From Mobula hypostoma (taxonomy: Eukaryota): a stretch of 64,000 bases of DNA. Location: positions 157,978,001 to 158,042,000 of the forward strand of contig NC_086097.1 of NCBI RefSeq assembly GCF_963921235.1. Direction: 5' to 3'. Shown piece after piece: positions 52,311 through 64,000 of the stretch; positions within the stretch are counted from its first letter, which is position 1; each line of letters starts with the position of its first letter. The translations under genes were made by a program, and so were the position numbers. The notes beneath the pieces were generated by a model. The model was not told where the DNA came from. It saw only the letters and a list, made by a program, of their open reading frames with translations, and searched no databases.

Positions 52311-52908
52311 TGTTGCAAGGAACAGGGTGAACCCAAACGCAGGACACTGGCACGGAGATTGAGTTAGGATACAGAGGAGGGTGTGAAATTGGCTGGAGCT
52401 GAACGGCGAACGGGAGGGTGACAAGAAAGCAGGAGGCAGGCAGAACTTATCTTGACACAGAGTGTAGAAAGGCAAGCGGTAGACAATACTTTTCTTGACA
52501 CGGAGAGATGGAGTTACACAGGTAAACCTCATTACTGAAATAAAACTTAGAAACTTATCTTGACATGGAGAGACAGAGTTATGCAGGTAACCTTGGTACT
52601 GAAGTAAATCTTAGAATCCTTATCTTGACACAGAAAGACAGAGTTACAAAGGTAAACCTCAGTACTAAAGTAAAATTTAGAATACACAATCCTAAGCAGC
52701 TGGGAACATTAATCACCACACTGACTAAAACAATGATCTGGCAACGAGTGGATGCAAAGCCGGGGTTTTTATGCTGCAGGTCTTGTTGAGAACCAGGTGT
52801 GCCGCCATCAAAGTGCATTAGGAGAAAATGGGGAATTAACAGTCGGGACCGTGACACAATCAAAGGGAATTAGGAGAAAATGGGGAATTAACAATCGGGA
52901 CCGTGACA
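52311..52908 (-). mobile_element. Solo LTR (598 bp)
   Basis: TGTTGC...GTGACA termini and 5-bp TSD ACATC (52306-52310, 52909-52913). The GAACCCAAACGCAGGACAC motif parallels GGACCCAAATGCAAGACAC in the solo LTR at 10795. Confidence 0.8.
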
Positions 52909-53009
52909 ACATCGAAACAAATGCATCATTTGCATCAATGACCAACAGTACTAGGATGTGCTGGGGGCAGCCTAAAAGTGTCACCAACTTCCAGCCCTTG
53001 TCCACAATT

Positions 53010-53184
53010 TACTAATCCTAACCCATTCATATTTGAAACAGGGGAGGAAACTGCAACACCCCAGGGAATCCTACAGTTACAGGGAAAATGTACAATCTCC
53101 TCACAGACATCAGCGGGAATTGAACCCTGATATTACTGGCACTGTAAAATGTGATGGTAACTGCAAAGCTCCTGTGCCACCCCA
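53010..53184 (-). mobile_element. tRNA-derived V-SINE-like SINE
   Basis: Reverse complement has a GGGTGGCACAGG head, a GGGTTCAATTCCC B-box and an AGTTTCCTCCCC body. Confidence 0.65.
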
Positions 53185-53587
53185 TTGCTCTGGATTCCCT
53201 CTAAACTGGAATTAGACATCCTGGAGGTTACCATCCCCTGTAACAGAATGAAAGAAACAAACAGTCTCTGTTCCAAGAGAGTTCATTACATTCTCTCTTG
53301 CCAAAGAGCAGCAAAAGAGATAACACATTGCTTCACGAAGACTGAAGGTTTCCCTCCGATGCCAGAAATACAAGGTGGCACTCAAACATTGCTTTGTGAG
53401 TGCCACCTTGTATCTGAGAGATGTACCTCCATCTGATGGGATTCCACTTGCTGAAACTGACTGAAATGACAGCACTGGGAATTATGCCGAATGTTCTGGC
53501 AGAAGTCATGATGCAGTTCTTCAATGCCAGCTCACTCTGCTCTTTGCATTGGTATCAACTCAGCTGAGGATGACAAAAGTAACCACT

Positions 53588-54120
53588 AATTTCTGATCCT
53601 GCACCTTCCGCTTTATTCCCAGAAATACTTGCCATTGCTGTTCCACTGTCATCCCTGCTAGAGTATTGTTCCATTGAACTTTGGCCAGCTCCTCCCTTGT
53701 AGCACCATAGTTCCCTTTGTTCAACTGTAATACTGACACTTCTGAGTTTCCCTTCTCCCTCTCAAATTGTAGATTAAAACTTATCATATTATGGTCACTA
53801 CCTCCTAATGGCTTCTTTGCCTCGAGATCCCTGATCAAATCCGGTTCATTGCACAACACTAAATCTAGAATTGCGTTCTCTCTGGTAGGCTCCAGTACAA
53901 GCTGTTCTAAGAATCCATCTCGGAGGGACTCCACAAACTCCCTTTCTTGGGGTCCAGTGCCAACTTGATTCCTCCAGTCTACCTGCATGTTGAAGTCCCC
54001 CATAACAACTGTAGCATTACCTTTGTGACATGCCAATTGTAACTCCTGATTCAACTTACACCTTACATCCAGACTACTGTTTGGGGGCCTGTAGATAACC
54101 CATTAGGGTCTTTCTACCCT
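53588..54120 (-). mobile_element. CR1 LINE APE endonuclease fragment
   Basis: ORF 53560-54054 has VVMGDFN, EPTRENAILDLVL and LGGSDHNMI. Confidence 0.9.
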
Positions 54121-56039
54121 AATGAAGTGATTTTCAATCACTTTTTACCAACACCCTCCCTCCGAAACTCATCGCCCACTTTCGTCCCCCTTTCCTTCCT
54201 AATTCCCTCACCCTCTACACACAGTTCACCCACAGGCATCCCCCTCTCCTCCATCTGGTTCTGATTCCACCTGCTATTCACCTCTCCCTGAAAGGTTCCC
54301 ATTCTCACTTACTTTATTTACCATATCCCTGCCCTAGTAGATCTGTGTTCCTGCTAGTATTCTCCAGCAGTTGGTCCAGTCTTCACACTCTCCTCCCCCT
54401 GATCACTCCATCTGACCCTGATTTTCATTCTCTTTGTCTCCCTCCATCTATTGTTCTCCTGCTACCACCTTCCAGCCCCAACCCCCTTCCCCCACCATCT
54501 CTCCAGCACACCGGCTCATCATCTTTCACCCCTCCTCTGTCCACTAATCACCTCATGCTTCTGTCTCACCATGCCCCCCCCCCCCGCTTTATCCTGACCT
54601 TCTCCCCTTTCCACTCTCAATCCTAATGCAGGGTTTCAACACAAGCAATGGCTATTCCTTTCTTCTCACAGATGCTATTTGACCTGCTGAGTCCCTCCAG
54701 CAGATTAGTTGTTGCTCCATGTTCCAGCATCTGATGTATTTTGTGTATCAACAGAAGCATTGTTGCTTTCACATAGGATTTCATGACCCGGGCCTTTCTG
54801 GGAGAACCCTGCAGCATTTTGTAGAGCTGGCCTCAAGGTTCTTGACAATGTTCTGAAAATGCACAACACCATCAGGAGGGCTCAGTTCAATCCACCATCT
54901 GTACATGAAACAACTGCTGAGCAGGAGTGGCTGCGGGCAGAAGAAACAGAATTGTGCAGGCAACCCTGAAAGCTCCATTCCTATTGGACCAACTGTGACC
55001 ACTGCGGCCAAGTGTTCTGCTAATAATTGCTTCACCAACAACCTTGACTTTAGCTTCCCTTTGCAGTGATAGTCAACAGCATCAGCTTGGCCACAATGAT
55101 AAAACAAGTATATCTACTAAATGGAACTATAAATTAATGCAAGGCAATCAATGATTAACTAATTACACATTGCAACTCTTACCTCCTGCCTTCCGCATGT
55201 CACAGTTCCTGAAGCATGATGATGGAAGTCTGACTGAAATCAGATGCCCAGATTCACACTGCATTTTCTTATCTTTAATGACAGCAGTTCAGGCTGGCTG
55301 GAGTGATGGTGAAGAGATGATAAATATTATCAAGCAAAGAAAGAACACCTAATTCATAGTCACTGCCACTCCATTCGGTTGACACCCCAACTATTCAGGT
55401 GACCTGTTGAAAAACCGATTGCTGGAATGCTATCACATCTTTTGAACCTTGCTGTACTGACACCAAATAGAAGTTGCAAGACAGCTATGCAAGCTTCAGT
55501 GTAACAATAGAGACTGAGACGCTGACAATTAAAACACGTGCTGGTAGGATGAATTATCTTCAGCCCTGCTTCCCGCAGGATGCCCATGGTTGCAGTGAGC
55601 TTTTGCAGTGGAGTAGCTCTCGTTCAAGCCTTGCCACCTTGTGAGGTGGAGGTGTCCATAGACAGAGGAACAGCCTGAGGTAACACCACTTGAGGCCCTC
55701 TCCATAGACAAATCTGGTGAGCTTTTGATGGCTTGGCTGTCAGAGGCCATTTCCATTGTCTGCAAATGTTTAATGATAGGAGGCATAAGGAACAGAGAAA
55801 GCACCTTGATAACGTATTCTAAATCAAGTTGAGTGGGTTATTTGAAAATATTATAAAATGAAATAGAAAGAAAAAAGTTAACTTAATATTTTAATGAAGA
55901 TCATTGATCCCCACTGAACTTAATGACACAGCTGAGGGGCGAGATATGAAGTATATCCTGCTGCTGAGATCAGGAAGATTTGAAATCACACTTGGACTCG
56001 GTGCTGTCCAGAGACAGAGTGTTCCATGCTTCTGAGTGG

Positions 56040-56400
56040 ACTGACATGGACTCTCTCATGGTGGTGTCTGAAAAGAGGATGCTGTCCAAGTTGCATGCCA
56101 TCTTGGTCAATGTCTCCCATCCACTACATAATGTACTGGTTGGGCACAGGAGTACATTCAGCCAGAGACTCATTCCACCGAGATGCAACACAGAGTGTCA
56201 TAGGATGTCATTCCTGCCTGTGGCCATCAAACTTTACAACTCCTCCCTTGGAGGGTCAGACACCCTGTGCCGATAGGCTGGTCCTGGACTTATTTCATAA
56301 TTTACATATTACTATTAACTATTTATGGTTCTATGACTATTAGTTATGGTGCAACTGTAAGGAAAACCAATTTCCCCCTGGGATCAATAAAGTATGACTA
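56040..56400 (+). mobile_element. Rex1/Babar-like LINE 3' fragment
   Basis: Close match to ~46950-47327, ending AATAAAGTATGACTA. Confidence 0.85.
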
Positions 56401-56649
56401 GGACATTTGTCTATTACCAAAGGATAGCTAACAGCATGGTTTGACCCAAGGTGCCTCTGCATTATATTTCACCTGCCACATATACACACAATATCCTGAT
56501 CCTTGTCCTGAAGTACCATTCACCCTGCTTTTTTGAATTTAATACAATTTATAGACTATAAAAATTATTGTCTATGTATCTAGGGCCACTAACATATGTA
56601 AGAGAAACATGCTTTCACAACAACTCATTGGATACCAGGGTCAAGGCCA

Positions 56650-59447
56650 AAAACGCAGTAGGAAAGTCGGGATTCAAACCAGGTTGAATACAATCACTTG
56701 AAAATAAGATTGATGACCTCAGGGCAAGGCTGCTGTATCAGAGGCAGATTGAGGCCAATCTCAATTGTTAGTTACATTAACAGCAAACATGCAGAATGCA
56801 ACTACCTGACCAGAAGGTTTTACAATTTTCAGAATAGATCGAACCTTGAATTCTGGCAAGGAAAAAGGTGGGTGCCATATGCTTTTTAGTCAATTCTCGT
56901 TAGTGCATGGACGTTGGGATTATATCGACTTCTTGTTCCCCCGACTTAAAACAACTAAAGATTAAACATAGACCACTCTACTTGCCTCAAGAATTCTCAT
57001 CCATGATCTTGACTGCAGTTTACATACAACCAGTGGCCAATTATAAGCAAACACTCGCAAAACTGCACAATGCTGTCTGTAAACAAGAAACGGCCCATCC
57101 CGACACATTTCAAATTATAGTCAGCGACTTTAACCAGGCCTGTCTGAAGAGAACCCTGCTCAGTTATCATCATCACATAACCTATTGCACCAGAAGCCCC
57201 AACACATTAAAGCACTGGTACACCATGATAAGGCATGCCTATCGTTCCTTCCCGAGACTGCATTTTGGGCAAGTCGGATCATTTGGCTGTACTCCTGCTA
57301 CCTGTATACAGACAGAGCCTAAAGAGCAAAGCTCCAGAGATCAAGACAACCAAGAGGTGGTTGCAGGAGGCTGAGGAATAGTTACAGGATTGCCTTGAGT
57401 CAGTGGACTGGGCCGTGTTCAAGAACTCATCCGAGGACCTGAATGACTACACCAGGGTCATTACAGACTTCATTAAAATAACTGTGGATGAGTGTGTCCC
57501 CACAAAATCATTCAGGGTTTTTTTTTAAATAAATATAAACCAGTCAGAAGCCCTGGATGACCAATGAAATCCGGAATCTGCTGAGAGTCAGATCAGAGGT
57601 GTTCAACTCTGGAGATCAAGAATGCCACAAGAGGTGCAGGTATGATCTCCAGAAAGCCATCTTTTGGGCGAAGGGGAGATTCCTGGCTAGACTGGAATCA
57701 ACAAGGGATGTTCAACAGCTGTGGCAGGGCTTCAATGCTATAACCTCATACAAATTTAAATCGTATGACATAGGGACAGCAGAGGTTCACTTCCAGATGA
57801 GCTCAATGCCTTCTATGCTCAATTTAACCAGCAGAACAGGGAGGAACCACTGCACATCCCCACGTCTCCTTGATCCTTTGGTCTCAGTGTCTGAGGATGA
57901 TGTGTGCTGCCTTCAAGAGAGTGAACCCAAGGAAAGGATCCAGTCCAGATGAAGTACCTGGCTGAGTATTGAAGACTTATGCTGACCAAACAGCTGGTGT
58001 ATTCACAGATACCTTTTACCTCTCACTTCAGCAGTGTGTGGTACCCACCTGCTTCAAGCAGGCTTCAATAGTCACCTGTGTCAATCACTACTACCCAGTG
58101 GCACTTACATCCACAGTGATGGTGTTTTGAGAGGCTGGTGTGGTAGCAGATCAGCTCAAATTGACTTCATTCAGCTCTAATTTGCCTATGAAAGCAACAG
58201 GTCTACAGCAGATACATCTCGTTGGCTCTTCACACAATCCTGGAAAATCTGAACAACAAAGAAGCATACATCAGGATGTTCTTTATTGATTACAGCTCGG
58301 CATTTCATCCCCTCAAACTAATCAGTTAACACTAAGACCTGGGCCTCAATACCCCTTTGTGCAATTGGATCCTAGGCTTCCTCACTTGTAAATGCCAGTC
58401 AGTTTAGATTGGCAAAAACATCTCCTCCACAATGTCCATCAGCGCAAGAGCATTGCAAGGATGTGTACTTAGCCCCCTGCTCTGCTCGCTTTACACCTCT
58501 GACTGTGTGGCTTAAGTACAGCTCCAACACCATATGCAAATTTGCTGATGATATCACTGTTATGGGCTGTATTGAAGAGGGTGATGAATCAGTATATAGG
58601 AGGGAGATTGAAAACTTGGCTGAGTGATGTAATAACAACAACTTCTCAATGGTAGTAACAAAGAACTGATTGTAGACTTCAGGAGTGGGAAACCAGAGGT
58701 CAATGAGCCAGTAATCATTGGAGGATCAAAGGCGGGGAAGGTCAGTAACTTTAAATTCCTGGGAATCAATCTCAGAGGACCTGTCCTGGGCCCATCATAT
58801 AAACATCATTGAGAAGAAAGCAGGACAGTACCTCTGCATCCTTAGGAGTCTGCGGATGTTTGGCATATCATCGAATACCTTGGCAAACGTCTATTGATGT
58901 GTGGTAGAAAGTGTGCAGACTGGCTGCATTATGGCCTGGTATCGGAACACCAACGCCTTTGAGCAGAAAATCCTACAAAATGTAGTGGATTCAGCCCAGT
59001 ATATCACGGGTAAAACCCTCCCAACCATTGAGCACATCTACATGAAATGTTGCCATAGACAAGCAGCATCCATCATGGAAGATCCTCCCCACCCAGTTCA
59101 TGCTCTTTTCTCGCTGCTGTTCATCAGGTAGAAAGTACAGGTGTCGCAGGACTCATACCACCAGGTTCAAGAAATGTTACTACCCCTCAGCTATCAGGCT
59201 CTTAAACAAAAAGGGGATAGCTACACTCATTTAAGGACAGTTATATTGTTATTTCATGCTTGTTATTTATTGCTATTTATTCATATCTGCATTTGCACAC
59301 AATTTATTTACAGTTAACCTTTCATGATGTTTCTAGTTCACAGTTACCGTTCTATAGATTTGCTAAGTATGCCCGCAGAAAAAGAATCTCGGGGTTATAT
59401 ATGGCAACATGTATGTACTCTGATGATAAATTTTACTTTGAACTTTG
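56650..59447 (+). mobile_element. Near-full-length but decayed Rex1/Babar-like LINE (APE endonuclease and RT)
   Basis: RPLYLPQEFSSMILTAVYI, VSDFN, QGCVLSP, KFADDITV and ESVQTGCIMAWY motifs, an ACTTTGAACTTT tail, and many stops and frameshifts. Confidence 0.9.
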
Positions 59448-60545
59448 GATCAGTAGGTCAATTGGTTACATGGGTGTAATTGGGTGGCACAGGCTCATAG
59501 GGATCGAAGCACCTATTAGCATGTTGTATCTCTAAACGAATAAGTAATACTCCTGTCAATCACACCTGATACCCACAATGTTGGAAATGACTAGGGCAGA
59601 TTTTTGCATGTAACTTTCATGCAACGATCTAGCACTCACTGCAACTTTAAGGAGAAAAATCAATAGATATTATGTAACTGTCTTGCCCTCACTGCAGCCT
59701 GCCAGAAGATTAAATATGTATTGTATAACCACTCAGCATGAATTACATCTTGATGAGGAAATCTAACTTCTTACATCAAAACGTTGGTTCAATTTCAATC
59801 AATTTTATTTAAAATCTCGGCAGACTGCTTGTTGTACTGCCTTGTCACTACTACTGAACAATAAACTTCTTTTAATGTAAAGTATTGTTTGTTGCAAGTC
59901 ATGTTCCATCTCCAGCTCACTGATAATCACAGTGCAGTTCACTAATTGACAGAGAAGTCAACAGGCAGGAGTTTTATACTTTATGTAAGGAATTTTAATA
60001 CTTCAGAATAAAACACTTCCTTTTGTATGCACATAGTCTTTGCTTCATATTTGCCCCAGGCAGAAATAACAGAGCTAAGTAGAGAGTCAGATTTATATTC
60101 TTCAACAATGTACAATCTGTCAGCTCCAGAATAGCTTCTCATGCAACATAACATTTTCATTAGCCATCTCAGCTGACATTGTGCCTTCTCTGACAAAATT
60201 GGTGAATTTTATTGTGTTTCGGAAAAACTAACGATGGGACCATCTTGTGTACATATTATTTTCAATAGGAATGATACTGGGAATGTTCATTATGCATTCA
60301 CTTGGTTCCATTTGAGATAACATTTCTTCCTTTAATTAGCATCTTCAGATCAAACCAAAATCTAGCTTTGATTTTCTTTTAGCTTTAACACTTCTATTCT
60401 GATTGTCTGCCTTCTTTTCTTTTAAGAGGTTTTTGGAAGCAGGTATGATAGAGGGGTTGAAGTGGATTTTAGGTGAACACATGAATATGCAATGGATGAA
60501 AGAACATAGATCACGTGCAGGCAGAAGAAATTAAGTTTAATTTTG

Positions 60546-60744
60546 GTGAACGCAGCAGGCCAAGCAGCATCTATAGGAAGAGGCGCAGTCGACGTTTCAG
60601 GCCGAGACCCTTAGTCCTGACGAAGGGTCTCCGCCTGAAACGTCGACTGCGCCTCTTCCTATAGATGCTGCTTGGCCTGCTGCGTTCACCAGCAACTTTG
60701 ATGTATGTAGCTTGAATTTCCAGCATCTGCAGAATTTCTGTTGT
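60546..60744 (+). mobile_element. Young fold-back Penelope terminal-repeat-derived element with hammerhead motif
   Basis: Perfect 59-bp stem (60544-60602 / 60633-60691), AGTC-CTGACGA...GAAACGTC-GACT at 60613-60648, and 15-bp TSD TTAAGTTTAATTTTG (60531-60545, 60745-60759). Confidence 0.9.
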
Positions 60745-63059
60745 TTAAGTTTAATTTTGCAGTGTTTGGCACAGATATCAATGGCTGAAATGCTGAAGTT
60801 TGTCTGAGTATCTGGTGAAGAATAAATAATCACATGTATTTTACTGAAGTTGCCCAATATCAAATGTCTCATCTCAGAAGACCTGCTGTCAGTGTCTGGG
60901 AATTTGAGTCAAACATTGTTCCTATCCTAGCATTACTTTCCAAAAGAATTAACTGCTTCTTTCTAGCATTCAGCCCACTTTTTAGGGGTAGAAACACTTA
61001 CGTTCCATTCAGAGTGGAGTGTTTGGAACCACCTGAAAGGAAAAATGATGATGTTCGTTTAAGCTCTCAGCTCTCCACTCTCCGTATCTATGTTAGAACC
61101 CTTTTGGTAAACTAATACTTGGAAGCTTTCAATTGTTTTTTTTTTGTTGCATTTTTCTTGCAAAACGCAAATGTTTATCAGACTCCAAATGCAAAGTTTA
61201 ATTAAATCCCCAGTTCTATTGAGGTAATCTCTAAGTGCTCATATTTTGCTTGCTTTGACTAGATTCAAGAACAGTTTGAATATAAAAAGCTCAAAGCATT
61301 CACGGTGGCACAACAGCCCGGTTTTATTTAACTGAGGAAAAGGGAACATCATCTGGATTTTAATTGAGACTGGCACAGCTGAAGGAGGAGCATAGGCCCA
61401 GTGCGATGGTCAAGTAAAATGGTGAAGGAGGCCTTTTCAGAATAATCACCTAGAAATCTTCCTACCTCAAAGTGAATCAATGCATGAGGAGCCTCAGGAA
61501 AGGTCACAATATCAATGGTAGTCACTCTCACCAAGGTGAAATATGACAATACAAAAATAAATCTATGTATAGTTCGTGCATGCAATAAAAAAATGGAAGT
61601 AAAAAGCTTAATTCAAAACCTGAATGTTTTAACAGATTGACTTCCCTTTTAGAGCTTTTTCTATTAGTAACATGAATGGACACCAACAATTAATAGCACC
61701 TATTTGTTATGCCATGGTAAACTAAACCTATAATTCTCTAAACAATTAATTGAATAAAATAGCCCCTACATAAGAAGTTGTTAGCTTTGGATTTTTTGGA
61801 GGCAGTTGTCTGTCAGCTGATTTGGTGTACCTTTAAGTGACAGATTTCCCTCTCTAAATGACACTGTTGAAAAAGAACGTTTTTTTACAGCACTCTGTTT
61901 CATAACTATCCTAATTGATTTCAGCTTTTGAAACTGAGACCATAAGATTAGGAGCAGTTAGGCCATTTGGCCCATTGAGTATGCTCCACCATTTGACCCT
62001 GGCTGATCCATTTTCTTCTCAGACCAAATCTCCTGCCTTCTCCCCGTAATTCATGCTCTGACATCAAGAATCAATCAACCTCCATCTTAAATACACCCAA
62101 TGACCCGGCCTCCACAGATTCACCACTCTCCAGCTAATTGGAATTTTATTCCATATTTAAGTAGGAGGATTCAAATTCATAAATCCAGATTCAAGTTCAA
62201 TAACTTATCTATTGTGTAACTAGAGCATGCTGCAAAAAAATTTAAATACTGTTCACATTATGATCAAAAGCATTGAAAATAAATCTGTAATAAATGTAAT
62301 TAGGTTTCTTTTGTATGTTTTTGTAAATAACTTCTTGCAACAGTTTTTGTTTCAAAATCATGGAAGATCCTTATATCTGCTAATAATATAGTGTGGAGTG
62401 AATCATGCTGTTTTGGATATTGGAAACTGAAGACCATGGAGCAAATTAATCCCCACAATGGGCAAAAAGCGACCAAAAAAAAAAATGGTGTCATGCTGTT
62501 TGGTTAAAGAACATGGGCCCAGGTTAAGTCAGTCTGGATACTAGAAGAGACACAGCAGATCCAAGCAGGATTATTATCAGCATAAGAACAGTAATGATTA
62601 CAGAGGGTGACTTTCCATAAGTTTGCCTGCTTCAAAGGAAAAGTCAGATAGACTGTGTGATGGTGAACATGATTGATGGCAAAAGTTGAATCAACTCCAA
62701 GGTGTCAGCTTCATAATGCAGTAGCATATAAAGGCAAGTCGTTACATTTTTTAAAGAATGTAATCAAATGGAGCCAAAAGAGCTCCTGAATTCTAACACA
62801 AAGGTTAAGACTACTTTTAAATTAACAATGAGAATAATACATAGAAAAAAAATAAAGTTCACTTCCCAAAGGATTAGTTGCTACTGTGAGTCTGAAACTA
62901 TGGTGGCCTTGTTAAATATCTGAGACCATTAGTGGTTAATTTGAGAAAAGCTGAAAAACACACAATTAATTGCAGGACCAAGCAGAGCAGATTTCAAGCA
63001 GATGTCAATGGTCAATGACGCCAACAGTAAATGAATTGCCAGAACATACATATACATAT

Positions 63060-63890
63060 AGAATCAGAATTTGGTTTAATAACAGCAGCATATTTGTTAG
63101 TATAGCAGTGGCAGTACAATGTTAAATATAGAAAAGAATAAATGTATTACAATATGTATATTCAATAGTTTAATTAAAAATGGTACAAAAACATGATAAA
63201 AATGTGTGGTAGTGTTCTTGGGTTCAATGTCTATTTAGAAATGGTATGGCAGAGGGGAAGAAGCTATTTGTGAATCACTGAGTGTGTGTCTTCAGGCTTC
63301 TGTACCTCCTACCTGATAGTAACAATGCAAAGAGGGGATCTCCTGGGCGACAGGGGTCCTTAATAATGGACGCCACTGTTTTGAGGCACCATTCCTTGAA
63401 GATGTCTTTGATACTACAGAGGCTAATACTCAAGATGGATCTGATTAATTTTACAACTTGCTGTAGTTTCTTTCAATCCTGTGCGGTAGCACCACTCCCC
63501 TCCCCCCCCATATCAGACATTGATTTAGCCTATCAGAATGCTCTCAATGGTACATCTGTAGAAGCTTTCGAGTATTTTAGGTGACAAACCAAATCTCCTC
63601 AGACTCCTAATGAAATATAGCTGCCGTCTTGCCTTATTTATAGCTGCATCAATGTGTTGGGACCTGGTTAGATCCTCAGGAACTTGAAATTGCTCACTCT
63701 CCCCACTTCTGATTCCTCTATGTGGATTAGTTCATTTTCCCTCGTCTTACCCTTGCTGAAGTCCACAATCAGTCCTTTGGTCTTACTGACATTGAGTGTA
63801 ATGTTGTTGCTGCGACACCATTCAACTAGCTGGTCTATCTCACTCTCTTTTCCATTTGAGAATCTGCCAACAATGGTCATATTATCAGCA
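63060..63890 (-). mobile_element. Rex1/Babar-like LINE 3' fragment
   Basis: ORF 63668-63901 ADNMTIVG...EWC..NNITLNVSKTK.LIVDF...FKFL. 3' UTR similar to 13184-13640 and 21641-22232. Confidence 0.85.
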
Positions 63891-64000
63891 CAGACACGCA
63901 CACAGCTACTAGGCCCAGCGGGACCATTTCTACTGACGGGAGAAGGGGTAGAAGTGGCTTACTGCCACATTCAAACTGTTTGCTTTAGGCAGATGGGTCT

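Overview
Eukaryotic (vertebrate) non-coding DNA, probably intergenic or deep intronic, and dense in transposable elements. The mix of CR1 LINEs, Rex1/Babar-like LINEs, Penelope-like elements, V-SINE/HE1-like and DeuSINE-like SINEs suggests a cartilaginous fish such as a ray or shark (inference). No spliced host-gene coding exon could be supported. The only cellular gene product is an intronless RPS25 retrocopy with an intact ORF (22438-22815), bounded by a 12-bp TSD and sitting inside a stack of nested LINEs. There are two related compact Ty3/Gypsy elements: copy A (1-4077, 5' LTR outside the window) and full-length copy B (35152-39569; 229-bp LTRs differing at 3 sites; TCTAC TSD). There are also two solo LTRs with 5-bp TSDs. 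Most interesting: copy B has no tRNA primer-binding site. The PBS position is instead complementary to a 15-nt stretch of its own LTR, with compensatory changes in copy A, which suggests tRNA-independent self-priming. Both copies also have a YLDN RT active site. Other notable items are a family of TSD-flanked fold-back Penelope-derived elements with minimal hammerhead ribozyme motifs and an isolated 86-bp inverted repeat. Family names come from motif recognition by eye, and boundaries of old repeats are approximate.
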